Source of the DNA: an uncultured Planctomycetaceae bacterium
Lineage (GTDB): Bacteria > Planctomycetota > Planctomycetia > Planctomycetales > Planctomycetaceae
Length of the DNA: 64,000 nucleotides
NCBI GenBank assembly: GCA_963976765.1
Contig: CAXBME010000020.1
Span: forward strand, 62,001-126,000
Reading direction: 5' to 3'
The notes under the pieces were generated by a model, which saw only the letters and a program-made list of their open reading frames with translations, searched no databases and was not told the DNA's origin. Positions 47,356-57,102 of the stretch are shown here, in pieces. Made by a program: the position numbers and the translations under genes. The first letter of the stretch is position 1; each line of letters starts with the position of its first letter.

Positions 47356-48762
47356 TCAGGATTCCAGTTCGTTAGCTCGGATTCGAAGAAGTGCCCAGCA
47401 AAGCGACGACAGCAGAAACATCATCCCGAACAGCATCGGAATCGCGTTCCAGCTGTTTCCGCCGCAGAGTTTCTGCAAGGCAGGTGTGCCCTCGATCAAG
47501 CTTCTGAAGTGAGGGACGCTCCAGATGACCAGGCCGGCTCCGAAATTTCCGATCATGTTCATCCAGCTGAATACGAGCGACACATTCTTTCCGCCCATGT
47601 CCATTGTCGAGGCATACGCGCAGGGCCCGGCGACGGCGGCGAAAAAAGCTCCGGCGCTGACGATGAGTGTCGCGGAAGTCGCGTCTTTGACGAACCACGC
47701 GGAGAAGACGAGCAACGAGCAAAGGAACAATGCGAGGCCAGCGAGTCCCGACCGGGCCAGAGTCAGTCGGCCAGTTTTTCGATACACGTAATCTGACAGG
47801 CCACCGGCAAGAATGGCGGCGACGACCGTTGCGATCAGTGGGAGAGTCGACAACCAGCCTGACTTTGCCGTCGAGACGTTTCGAGTTTCCTGAAGGTAAG
47901 TCGGGAACCAGCTTTGAAAGAACGCGGCGCCGGCGGCTCGGAAGAACTGTTGACCGCAGATCATCCAGAAACACAAACGGGCAGCCAGGAACAACGATGA
48001 CGTTGGGGAATCGGCGGCCGTGGCTGGTGGCGATTGATTCGTGCCCGTTCCAACGCAGGCTGTCAAAGTTGTCTGATCCTTTGCGCAATCGTTCTCGGCG
48101 ATGTAATCACATTCGGCCTGATTGGCGGCATCGTGTTCGGCGGGGGTTTCTCGAAACCAGAAGCGGAAACCAAATGCCCAGAGTAAGCCTGGAATCGAGT
48201 ACAGAATCAGAATTGTTCGCCAGTTTGTGAGCTCAAGAAGTTGCCCTGTCAGGCCAAGGCCGATCGCACCTCCGACCGGCATGGACGCCGCGAGAAATCC
48301 GCTCGCCAGCCCGCGTTCCCATTTCGGAAACCATTTGGTGATGGCAATAGTTGAACACGGAAAAAGCCCGGCCTGAGCGACGCCGATTCCAATGCGAGCA
48401 GCCAGAAGGCTGGCGACTCCCGCCGCCATTCCGAACGTCATCGTGGCTATGGCGGAAAGTCCGGCGAAGATTGGTAACCAGATCCTTGAGCCAAACTTTT
48501 TGCCCAGCACTCCGCCGGGAATCTGAAACAGGGCGTACGCCCAGAAGAACGAGCCCATGATCAGGCCCATCGTTTCTTCGCTGATTTCAAGATCGAGCCG
48601 AATAGATTTCTCAGCAACTCCCAGAGAGTTGCGGCAGAGGTAGGCGATGATGGCTCCGGAGCACAGCCAGGCCGAGACGGTGACGCGTGCTCGCGACCGA
48701 GGTTCGTCGTTGCGTGTGGCGGCTGATACTGCGGAAGCGTCGTTGGCTGAGGATTGATCCAT
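47356..48762 (-). CDS. MFS transporter (anion:cation symporter-like)
   Basis: YLCRNSL, FFWAYALFQIPGG, KWFPKWERG, WFPTYL, NMIGNFG; 12 TM. Confidence 0.92.
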   Translation of the reverse strand: MDQSSANDASAVSAATRNDEPRSRARVTVSAWLCSGAIIAYLCRNSLGVAEKSIRLDLEISEETMGLIMGSFFWAYALFQIPGGVLGKKFGSRIWLPIFAGLSAIATMTFGMAAGVASLLAARIGIGVAQAGLFPCSTIAITKWFPKWERGLASGFLAASMPVGGAIGLGLTGQLLELTNWRTILILYSIPGLLWAFGFRFWFRETPAEHDAANQAECDYIAENDCAKDQTTLTACVGTGTNQSPPATAADSPTSSLFLAARLCFWMICGQQFFRAAGAAFFQSWFPTYLQETRNVSTAKSGWLSTLPLIATVVAAILAGGLSDYVYRKTGRLTLARSGLAGLALFLCSLLVFSAWFVKDATSATLIVSAGAFFAAVAGPCAYASTMDMGGKNVSLVFSWMNMIGNFGAGLVIWSVPHFRSLIEGTPALQKLCGGNSWNAIPMLFGMMFLLSSLCWALLRIRANELES

Positions 48763-48928
48763 TGCGAGTCCGAACGCACACTCTGTTAGACTGAATCGCT
48801 GAATGTCGACGTGTCAGCGTGACTGTGCCGGTCGAGTCTGGCAACCCATTGATTGGTCGATAGCCAGTTTGCAATGTGCCATTCAGGGTGGAACTCATTT
48901 CAAAGTCGAGTAGAACCTGGAAACTTTG

Positions 48929-51900
48929 ATGACGCGATTCATGCGGATTCTTGCTCTTTCAACAGTCGGCCTGGCCATACTGAGCAGTTTATGCCGCGCT
49001 GACGACTACCTTGAACTGGTTAAGCCAGTTTTGAAAGCTCGCTGTTACGCCTGCCACGGTGCCTTGAAGCAGGAAGCGGATCTACGCCTCGATACTGCGG
49101 CGGCGATTCGCAATCGAGCAGACAGTCCGATCGTCGACGTCCGGCGAGTCGAAATGAGCGAGCTGTTTTTGCGAGTGACCTCGAAAGACGACGACATCCG
49201 CATGCCGCCCGAAGGTGAGCCGCTCAAACCGGAAGAGATTGCCGCGATTCGAAACTGGATTGCGGCCGGATCGCCGGCTCCGGCACACGAAGAAGCGGAC
49301 AGCGACCCTCGCGAGCACTGGTCGTTTCAACGGCCGGTTAAGGTTGATTTGCCGAGCGGTGAGGGAATTACGACGGGCAACCCCGTCGACGCGTTTATTA
49401 CCGCGAAGCATCGCGAATTGAATCTTCAACGTGTCGGCCCTGTGGAAAAGTCGCTGTTGCTGCGGCGGGTTTATCTCGACCTGATCGGTCTTCCGCCGAC
49501 TCGTGATGAGTTGAAGATGTTCCTGGCCGACGACAGTCCCGGAGCGTGGAACCGAGTCGTCGATCGTCTGCTCGAAAGTCCACATTATGGAGAACGCTGG
49601 GGACGGCACTGGATGGACGTCTGGCGGTACGCCGATTGGTACGGTCTGGGGAAGCAACTTCGCAACAGTCAGAAACATATCTGGCACTGGCGGGACTGGA
49701 TCATCGAATCACTGAACGACGACAAAGGCTACGACCGGATGGTCATGGAGATGCTGGCTGGCGACGAACTGGCTCCGACTGATCCAAAGACGCTGCGAGC
49801 CACCGGGTTTCTTGCGAGGAACTATTACCTTTTTAATCGGACGACCTGGCTGGACTCGACGATCGAGCACACTTCCAAAGCGTTTCTTGGCCTGACGATG
49901 AACTGCGCGAAGTGTCACGACCACAAATACGACCCGCTGACTCATGACGACTATTACTCGATGCGTGCGATCTTTGAACCGCATCAGGTTCGGCTTGATT
50001 CTGTGCCGGGGCAGATCGATCTCGAAAAGGACGGTCTCCCGCGGGTCTTCGACGCTCATCCGGAAGAGGCGACCTGGCTGCATCTGCGAGGTAATGAAAT
50101 GGATCCTGACAAGTCGCGAGTCATGCCTGCCGCGATTCCGGCTCTGTTGTCGACCGGAGATTTTCAGTTCGAGGCGATTTCACTTCCGGTCGAGGCTCAC
50201 GCTCCTGAGCTGCGACCGTTCGTGCTGACCGATCATCTGGCGGCAGCCGCGCTGGAGATCGAAGACGCACGCCAGGCAGTGGCGGTGTCGCAGGCGGCTG
50301 TTGATTCAGCGACTGCCGGACCTGTCAGTGTCGAGGCAGGAGAATTGTTCCTTCGAGACGACTTCGACGTTTGGGACCCTGACGTGTGGGAGAAGGGGCC
50401 AGGTGAATGGGTCTATGCAAATGGTAAGGTCGGGCAGAAGCTGGCCGGAGCGACCAGGAAATACCTGCGAACTCGAAAGACTCATCCGGTCGATTTCGAG
50501 GCGACGCTGAAATTCAAGACACTGGGAGGCGATCGATGGAAGTCCGTCGGTCTGACGTTTGACTCGATCGATGGTCGAGAGAAAATGGTCTACATGAGTG
50601 CGGTGCAGCCTGGTTCGAAGTTGCAGGTCGCCGTGAATTCCGGGTCGGGTTCGCAATATCCGAGCGGTGGTCTCGTCGCCCGTCCCGTCCTCGCAAATAC
50701 GGATTACGAATTGACGATCGCCGTGAAGGGAGATCTGATTAATGCAGCGATCGATGGCGTGTACACTCTTTCATACCGGCTGGCGCAGAAACGCGAAGCT
50801 GGTCATATCGATCTGGTCGCGTTCGATGCAATCGCCGAGTTTGATTCACTTGAGATTCGCGAGCTTCCTGCAGGCCGACGACTCATCGAGCCTGGTCAGG
50901 CCGGGCCTGGCAATCTGGAAAACCTGGCACTGCGGCTGGAAGTCAGCAAAGCGACGCTGGCTGCTGCGGAGCTGAAACCTGTCATGATCGAGTCAGCGTT
51001 CGCAGCTGACCAGGCGAAATTCGCTTCACCCGGTGACGAACGATCGAAATCGCTGGTTGCCGCCGCCGCGTTGGCCGCTCGAAATCATGAGCTGGCCGTT
51101 GCCGAACTGGCAGTCGCGAAGTCACAGCTTGAACTCTCAGGCAAGCTGGACGCCTCGAAGCAGAAGACGACCGAAGAACGCTTGAAGAAAGAGCTGGAGT
51201 CTGTTGCGAAGGCTCGGACTTCGATCGAGAAACCGGGAACGGCGTATACGTCAATTCGAGCATCGTTGAAGGCACTGGAAGGGCCCGCCGAGAAACCTGA
51301 GTCTCGGGATGCTCCTTATTCAAAGTTGAGCACTGGCCGTCGTCTTGCCTTTGCGAAGTGGATTGTCGATGCCAGAAATCCGTTGCCGTCTCGCGTTGCT
51401 GTCAACCACGTCTGGCTGAGACATTTCGGGCAGCCGCTGGTCGATCCGGTCGAAGATTTCGGACGCCGAACGAAAGCTCCGCCGATGCAGGAGCTGCTGG
51501 ACTGGTTGGCGGTCGATCTGCAGGAAAAAGGCTGGAGCATGAAGCATCTGCATCGGCTGATCGTGACTTCGGAAGCGTATCAGCGTTCAACTGGAATTCG
51601 AGAAGCAGCTCAGTCGACATCGGAAGCAGACCCGAACAACCAGTATTTCTGGCGACGAATGCCGGTTCGCATGGAATCGCAAGTCGTTCGCGACAGTGTC
51701 CTGCACCTGGCCGGAGTTCTGGATTCGAAGATGGGCGGTCCGACCGAGAATCCCAATGACAGAAACGTGCGTCGTCGCAGTTTGTACTTCACTCAGTCGA
51801 GAGATGATCGCAATGCCTTCGTTGCGATGTTCGACGACGCGGATATCCAACGCTGTTATCGCCGCACCGAAAGTATCGTCCCTCAGCAGGCCCTGGCGAT

Positions 51901-52177
51901 GGCCAATAGTCGACTGACGCTCGAAATGTCTCGCATCCTGAGTGAGCGAATTGCCGGTCAGGCAGTGAAAGAGTCAGCGGATGATGAGACATTTGTGCGA
52001 GACGCGTTTGAATTGTTGCTTGCTCGGAAGCCGACAAGAGAAGAGGCAACCGCGTGTCGGACGACGATGGGGCAATTGATGGAGACGTTAAATGGAAAAG
52101 CTGACGCGAATATGCGAGCAAAAACGGCGATTGTTCACGCCCTTTTGAACCACAACGATTTCGTGACGATTCGGTGA
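48929..52177 (+). CDS. Planctomycete cytochrome c / DUF1549 / DUF1553 protein
   Basis: Signal peptide; CYACH and CAKCH; HWSF, RRVYLDLIGLPPT, WMDVWRYAD, LLDWLA, VRDSVL, RRSLY, PQQALAMAN. Confidence 0.95.
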   Translation: MTRFMRILALSTVGLAILSSLCRADDYLELVKPVLKARCYACHGALKQEADLRLDTAAAIRNRADSPIVDVRRVEMSELFLRVTSKDDDIRMPPEGEPLKPEEIAAIRNWIAAGSPAPAHEEADSDPREHWSFQRPVKVDLPSGEGITTGNPVDAFITAKHRELNLQRVGPVEKSLLLRRVYLDLIGLPPTRDELKMFLADDSPGAWNRVVDRLLESPHYGERWGRHWMDVWRYADWYGLGKQLRNSQKHIWHWRDWIIESLNDDKGYDRMVMEMLAGDELAPTDPKTLRATGFLARNYYLFNRTTWLDSTIEHTSKAFLGLTMNCAKCHDHKYDPLTHDDYYSMRAIFEPHQVRLDSVPGQIDLEKDGLPRVFDAHPEEATWLHLRGNEMDPDKSRVMPAAIPALLSTGDFQFEAISLPVEAHAPELRPFVLTDHLAAAALEIEDARQAVAVSQAAVDSATAGPVSVEAGELFLRDDFDVWDPDVWEKGPGEWVYANGKVGQKLAGATRKYLRTRKTHPVDFEATLKFKTLGGDRWKSVGLTFDSIDGREKMVYMSAVQPGSKLQVAVNSGSGSQYPSGGLVARPVLANTDYELTIAVKGDLINAAIDGVYTLSYRLAQKREAGHIDLVAFDAIAEFDSLEIRELPAGRRLIEPGQAGPGNLENLALRLEVSKATLAAAELKPVMIESAFAADQAKFASPGDERSKSLVAAAALAARNHELAVAELAVAKSQLELSGKLDASKQKTTEERLKKELESVAKARTSIEKPGTAYTSIRASLKALEGPAEKPESRDAPYSKLSTGRRLAFAKWIVDARNPLPSRVAVNHVWLRHFGQPLVDPVEDFGRRTKAPPMQELLDWLAVDLQEKGWSMKHLHRLIVTSEAYQRSTGIREAAQSTSEADPNNQYFWRRMPVRMESQVVRDSVLHLAGVLDSKMGGPTENPNDRNVRRRSLYFTQSRDDRNAFVAMFDDADIQRCYRRTESIVPQQALAMANSRLTLEMSRILSERIAGQAVKESADDETFVRDAFELLLARKPTREEATACRTTMGQLMETLNGKADANMRAKTAIVHALLNHNDFVTIR

Positions 52178-52251
52178 GTTTTTTCAGACCCTGATCGAGG
52201 ATGGCTGTTCGTGATCGGGGCTGATTGTTTGAAGCAGGCGGAGGTCGACGA

Positions 52252-53697
52252 ATGAGTTTCAGTGATTCACACAGCGGTAGCAGGCGAGCGACTCGACGCG
52301 AGTTGCTTGGTTCGGGCATGGGGTTTGGAGCCTTGGCGCTTAACGCGATGCTGCAGCGCGACGCGGCGGCCAGTGAATCGCGTTCACTTCTGCCGGATGC
52401 TCAACCGAAGGCGAAGAACGTAATCCTGCTCTTTATGCGCGGCGGCGTCAGTCATATGGAGAGCTTCGATCCGAAGCCGGAACTGACAAAGCACGCGGGA
52501 AAGTCGATCAACGATTCACCATTCAAGAGCGTTCAGGATCCCGAGAAGTTGAAGAAGGTTCGCGTTGTTGTCGTGAACGATGCCAACGGCCAGCAACGAA
52601 ACAAACTTTACCCATTGCAGGTTGGGTTCAGGAAGCACGGAGAAAGCGGCATTGAGATCAGCGACTGGTTTCCTCACATTGGCAGTTGCGCCGACGACAT
52701 CTCGTTCATCCGGTCGATGTGGACGACGGACGATAATCACGGTGCTCAGGTTCAGTTTATTTCCGGTCGGCACATGCTTGATGAGCGAGTGCCGACGCTC
52801 GGAGCCTGGGTCACCTGGGGGCTGGGAACGCTGAATCAGAACCTGCCTCAGTTTATCTCGATGGGGCCTCGGTATTTTGATACGCGAGACGGTCATTATC
52901 TCGGACCGGCCTACGACGCGATTCCGATGAAGGTCGACCCGGCGAACCCGCTTCCGTACGCGAGGCCCGAAGTTGAGTTCTCCTCAACAGAGCAGAAGTT
53001 GACGTTTGACCTGATCAGCCGTCTGAATCAGCTCAACGCCGAACAGTATCCGTCTGATAACTCTCTGCGAGCCCGCATGCAGTCGTACGAACTGGCATTT
53101 CGGATGCAGACGGCCGTTCCGGACGTGATCCGCTTTGACGGAGAGACGCAGGAAACTCAAAACCTGTACGGGCTTAACGATCCCAAAACGAAACCTTTTG
53201 GAATGCAGTTGCTGGCGGCTCGGCGTTTTGCCGAACGCGGCGTTCGATTCATTCAGATCATGCATGGAGACGGCGCGGCCGGAGCGTGGGATTCTCATTC
53301 AAATCTCCAAACCAGCCATGCCAGTCTTTCAGGCCAGGTCGATCGTCCGATTGCCGGTCTGCTGAAAGATCTCAAGCGGCGAGGCTTGCTGGAAGAAACA
53401 ATTGTCGTTTTCGCCACAGAGTTCGGACGCACGCCCGGCTCGCAGGGAGCCAACGGTCGCGACCATCATCCGTATGGCTTTTCGGTCTGGATGGCTGGCG
53501 GCGGATTGAAGGGCGGGGTTGCTCACGGAGCGACGGACGAAATCGGCTTTCATGCCGAAGAGAATCCTCACTACGTCACCGACATCCACGCGACCATTCT
53601 GCACCAGCTCGGGCTTGACCGGAAAAGGCTGGAAGTCCCCTCGCACAAGCGGCTGGAGCAGGACTTCGGGCACGTCATTCACGACATTATCGCGTGA
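52252..53697 (+). CDS. DUF1501 domain protein, Tat-exported
   Basis: TRRELL signal; [42 protein letters not shown] 52252 has GGAGG upstream. Confidence 0.95.
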   Translation: MSFSDSHSGSRRATRRELLGSGMGFGALALNAMLQRDAAASESRSLLPDAQPKAKNVILLFMRGGVSHMESFDPKPELTKHAGKSINDSPFKSVQDPEKLKKVRVVVVNDANGQQRNKLYPLQVGFRKHGESGIEISDWFPHIGSCADDISFIRSMWTTDDNHGAQVQFISGRHMLDERVPTLGAWVTWGLGTLNQNLPQFISMGPRYFDTRDGHYLGPAYDAIPMKVDPANPLPYARPEVEFSSTEQKLTFDLISRLNQLNAEQYPSDNSLRARMQSYELAFRMQTAVPDVIRFDGETQETQNLYGLNDPKTKPFGMQLLAARRFAERGVRFIQIMHGDGAAGAWDSHSNLQTSHASLSGQVDRPIAGLLKDLKRRGLLEETIVVFATEFGRTPGSQGANGRDHHPYGFSVWMAGGGLKGGVAHGATDEIGFHAEENPHYVTDIHATILHQLGLDRKRLEVPSHKRLEQDFGHVIHDIIA

Positions 53698-53707
53698 ATC
53701 ATGCTGT

Positions 53708-53759
53708 CGATTTCCTGGCTGGGAAATCCGCGCTTGACGTTGGTGTCTTCAGGAAATCG
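53708..53759. terminator. Inverted repeat between convergent genes
   Basis: CGATTTCCTG...CAGGAAATCG with an alternative inner hairpin GATTTCC/GGAAATC. Confidence 0.35.
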
Positions 53760-53773
53760 GATCCCGCCGGGCG

Positions 53774-54517
53774 TTATTCAGCGGCGATTTTCCAGACGGG
53801 TTCTTCGTCGAGGTCGACGCATGCTTCGAGAATCTCGTGAGGAGTGAAGCGAGCCTTGTAGTCCATCGACTGGTTTTCGTGAATCCAGTATCCGAGGTAC
53901 GAATACTGCATCGAGTGAGCCTTCGCCCATTCGATTTCCTTGAGAATGGAAAACGTTCCGGGGCTCTGTTTTCGCCAGGATGGATCGTGGTAGAAGTAAG
54001 CACTGGAGAGGCCGTTATTGAAAACGTCGACGATGCCAACTCCGATCAGTTGCCCGTCTTCCCGGTACTGAAATTCGCGAGCGAACTCATTTGGCCGGCC
54101 AATGAATGACTCGTAGTAATTCTGAAAAGACGTAGCATTGTCAGGCCAGTTCCGACGTCCGGCCATGTCTCGATGGTAGGCGTTGAACAGGGCCACATGC
54201 TTGTCAGAAACCTGCGGCAGGGTGACGTGAAGTTCGACGTTCTGATTTCGACGCAACGCTCGTCGCTGGCTTTTGGATGGGCGAAAATCGTTTACCAGGA
54301 TTCTCAATGGTCGGCATTTTCGACAGGTTTGACACTGTGGCCGGAAGACGTAATTGCCGAAGCGTCGCCAGCCGCGTTCGATCAGACGTTCGAGTGATTC
54401 GGCGTCAAGTGTCGCCGGCACGCGGTATTCAAGTTGCGACGATTCGTCCGGAAGGTACGGACACGGTGATGCCTCTGTGACAAACCGGATCAGGTCGTAC
54501 GAGTGGTCATCAGACAT
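53774..54517 (-). CDS. Arginyl-tRNA-protein transferase family (Ate/Bpt) protein
   Basis: CPYLP, GWRRFG..FRPQCQTCRKC, SKSQRR, GLSSAYFYHDP, YLGYWI, MDYKARF. Confidence 0.92.
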   Translation of the reverse strand: MSDDHSYDLIRFVTEASPCPYLPDESSQLEYRVPATLDAESLERLIERGWRRFGNYVFRPQCQTCRKCRPLRILVNDFRPSKSQRRALRRNQNVELHVTLPQVSDKHVALFNAYHRDMAGRRNWPDNATSFQNYYESFIGRPNEFAREFQYREDGQLIGVGIVDVFNNGLSSAYFYHDPSWRKQSPGTFSILKEIEWAKAHSMQYSYLGYWIHENQSMDYKARFTPHEILEACVDLDEEPVWKIAAE

Positions 54518-54920
54518 GCGTTATCGAGCAGGAGTGAGGGGAGATGATGTGGCATAGCGGCGATTTCTCTGAAAGGTAGTACGTCGGACGGGCCATGTCA
54601 GCCGTGACTCTCGAATGGGATATCGCTGCCCGACTGGCGGCCATCGTTGAGTCTGATACCGGCTTCACCTGCCAGCTGTGGCTAAGCGTCGACGCGAGCA
54701 ATAACGGACTGAAGCATCGGGGCGCGTTGCTGCAATATAGGATCGCGTCTACAGGAATTCGTCGAACGAAACTTCATCTAATCGCGGCGGCATTGCAGAA
54801 CGTGCTGCCGGCGAGAAAACTGAAATTCATCAACCTGTCGAGCTTCTGGAACGCGAATCGGAATCGGTGTTGATCTTCAAACGGTCGCAAAGGAAGCGTC
54901 GCTGGTCGTTCTTTTTGGAC

Positions 54921-56000
54921 TTAAGAATCCTGATTCCGGATGAACTTTTTCCAGCGGCGCAGCATTGGAGTGTCCTCATCGGCATTGCCTGGAGCTGTTG
55001 CCCTGGCGAATTGATCACGCTCACGAGCCAGTTGTTCCGACTGTTCGTTCAGTCTGGCCTGGTCTCGCGAAAGCCTGGCTCGTTCGATCGAGACATCAAT
55101 CTCGGCGATTCGAAGCTGGTCGTGAATCACTTTCTCGATTTCATCAATTCTTCGGTGCAACGTTACATCGTCAGACCCGGCCTGCACCTCACCCAGCCAT
55201 CCTTCCAGGCGTCCGGTGACGCTTCGAATCTGATGACAGAGCCAGCGAATGTAGGCGTCGCGGTCGGTCACTGCTTTTCGAAGTTCTGATGGCTCAGCGT
55301 TGTTCTCATCGATCATCTGAGGGAGCGGTATGTCGAAGTCGTCTGGTACGTCGTCGCTGGAAATCAGGACAAGCCGGAAGGGAGCATCGAGTGGTTTTCT
55401 GCCGGGAGCAGTTTCCAGCAGTGAGTCAGTTTCAGAGTGATCTGGTGATTCGATCGTCGATTGATTGAGTGTTCCAGATCGAAGGCCGACTTCGTCGTGC
55501 GGGAAAAGTCGCGAAACTGCGGAGTTGCCGGATGAGGAATGACCGTGCAATGTTGCCTGCTCCAGCCGTTCGCGCAGCTCTTCAATTCCCGCTTCAAGGC
55601 GACGCAGCGCCGGACCTTCGTAGCGTTCTTCCCAGGCGTCGACGAAGCGGCCAAGCTTTTCCGCGACCTCCTGATGTCCTTCGAGCAGCGAGGCGGTGTC
55701 ACCAGTGTTTGCACCGGAGCCTGACAGGACTCCGCCCGATCGTTTGATTCGATCAAGTTCGTCGGCGGCCTGTTCAAGTCGCTCGGTCAGAATTGAAACG
55801 AGCTGTTCGCGGTCGGCCAGTCGAGTCTCAAGCTGCTTCATTCGTTCAAAATCAACGGGCTCAGTTTTGATCGGTGCTGCATTCAGTTTCTTTGCCAGCT
55901 GATCCAGCAACGCTGGATCGGATGGGTTCGCTATCGGCTCCAACGTTGCCGTCGAGTCTCCTTCGAAGCTGAAGTCAGTATTTCTGCTAAGTTCGCTCAT
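54921..56000 (-). CDS. Coiled-coil hypothetical protein
   Basis: Heptad-rich segments (LTERLEQAADELDR, SIERARLSRDQARL); ATG 56000 has GGAGGA upstream; ends LRRWKKFIRNQDS. Confidence 0.8.
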   Translation of the reverse strand: MSELSRNTDFSFEGDSTATLEPIANPSDPALLDQLAKKLNAAPIKTEPVDFERMKQLETRLADREQLVSILTERLEQAADELDRIKRSGGVLSGSGANTGDTASLLEGHQEVAEKLGRFVDAWEERYEGPALRRLEAGIEELRERLEQATLHGHSSSGNSAVSRLFPHDEVGLRSGTLNQSTIESPDHSETDSLLETAPGRKPLDAPFRLVLISSDDVPDDFDIPLPQMIDENNAEPSELRKAVTDRDAYIRWLCHQIRSVTGRLEGWLGEVQAGSDDVTLHRRIDEIEKVIHDQLRIAEIDVSIERARLSRDQARLNEQSEQLARERDQFARATAPGNADEDTPMLRRWKKFIRNQDS

Positions 56001-56238
56001 TCTCTTCCTCCGCAACTAACCTGGAGCAGGAATGTGCCGCAGGTCGGGAGGGATTTGCGGAGTGAGGCATTCGCTTTAGTTTGCTGGTGGAATGCCGGCG
56101 GGATTGTCACGAAAGCCAGAATCGACGGTTGGTCGGAAATCAGCTGAAACTCTGCGTTGCGCTTTCGAACCAGCGACGCTCTTTACTCAGCGACCGGATT
56201 ACTCAACGACGAATCGAATAAAAAGCAAAGGGAATGCT

Positions 56239-56901
56239 ATGACCGAATCGACAAAAAAGGGCTCCGTGAGCACCGGGACCGGGAATTCTTCAAGCAGAAT
56301 TGCGATCAGCGTGAAGGTTGCCTATTCAGCATTTATGGCCGTTTTAATCCCGTACTACTACCACGCGTACGGGCCCGCCAATTTTCTCTGGTTCTGCGAT
56401 GTCGCGTTAATTGTCACGTTGATCGGCTTGTGGACGGACTCGAAGTTTCTCATCAGTACTCAAGCGGTGGCGATCGTGTTTCCGCAGTTTCTCTGGTGTG
56501 CCGACTTCCTCTTTAATATGGCCTTTGGACGGCCTATGGTCGGCCTGGCAACGTACATGTTCGACCCGGAGATTTCTCTGTTTGTACGCGGGCTGTCGCT
56601 GTTCCACGGCTGGTTGCCATTCCTGCTGCTCTGGCTGGTGTCGCGTTTGGGCTATGAGCAGAAAGCATGGAAGGCTCAAATTGGAATCTGCTGGGGTGTT
56701 CTGCTGACCGTGTTCTTTACCCTGCCTGGTCCAACAACTGTGGCTGGAAACGTCGACAAGGTCTTCGGCTGGGGTGAGACCTCTCAGACGGTCATGCATC
56801 CGGTCGCCTGGCTGGGGATCGTAATGCTGGCTTATCCGTTGCTGGTTTACATCCCGAGCCATCTGGTTTTCAGAAAAGTCTTCGCGGAAAAGGCGGAGTA
56901 A
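56239..56901 (+). CDS. Six-TM membrane protein of unknown function
   Basis: YGPANFLWFCD, YMFD, LSLFH, GY, NVDKVFG; ATG 56239 has AAAGGGA upstream. Confidence 0.8.
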   Translation: MTESTKKGSVSTGTGNSSSRIAISVKVAYSAFMAVLIPYYYHAYGPANFLWFCDVALIVTLIGLWTDSKFLISTQAVAIVFPQFLWCADFLFNMAFGRPMVGLATYMFDPEISLFVRGLSLFHGWLPFLLLWLVSRLGYEQKAWKAQIGICWGVLLTVFFTLPGPTTVAGNVDKVFGWGETSQTVMHPVAWLGIVMLAYPLLVYIPSHLVFRKVFAEKAE

Positions 56902-56904
56902 TTG

Positions 56905-56987
56905 AGCTACGGATTGGCATCGATGAAACACGGATTCTGCGGATGACAAGTAAGTCACCCGTGCCCGTTAGTAAAAAATCTGTGGCC
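56905..56987. repeat. Degenerate CACGGAT-family palindrome
   Basis: GCTACGGATT...CACGGAT pairs with ACCCGTG...AATCTGTGGC directly after a stop codon. Confidence 0.5.
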
Positions 56988-57029
56988 AAACTTAGCACGA
57001 AAGCGTTTGAAATCACAAAATCCCAAACG

Positions 57030-57067
57030 AAAAGAGCCCCGCCGGAATCAACCGACGGGGCTTTTTG
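57030..57067. terminator. Bidirectional intrinsic terminator (fbaA / membrane protein)
   Basis: AAAAGAGCCCCGCCGG...CCGACGGGGCTTTTT, with A and T runs on both sides. Confidence 0.85.
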
Positions 57068-57102
57068 TGTTTCCCGAATTCAATAGCTTCAGAATCCGCG
57101 GC

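Noticed and set aside
54520..54920. 400-bp gap upstream of the Ate/Bpt gene with a 92-aa + ORF; possible ncRNA
   Set aside because: No recognisable protein motif, RBS or RNA family signature; left unassigned.
56024..56040. CGGCAC...TGCT on the minus strand as a second sigma54 promoter
   Set aside because: GG-to-GC spacing is 9 nt, not the required 10.
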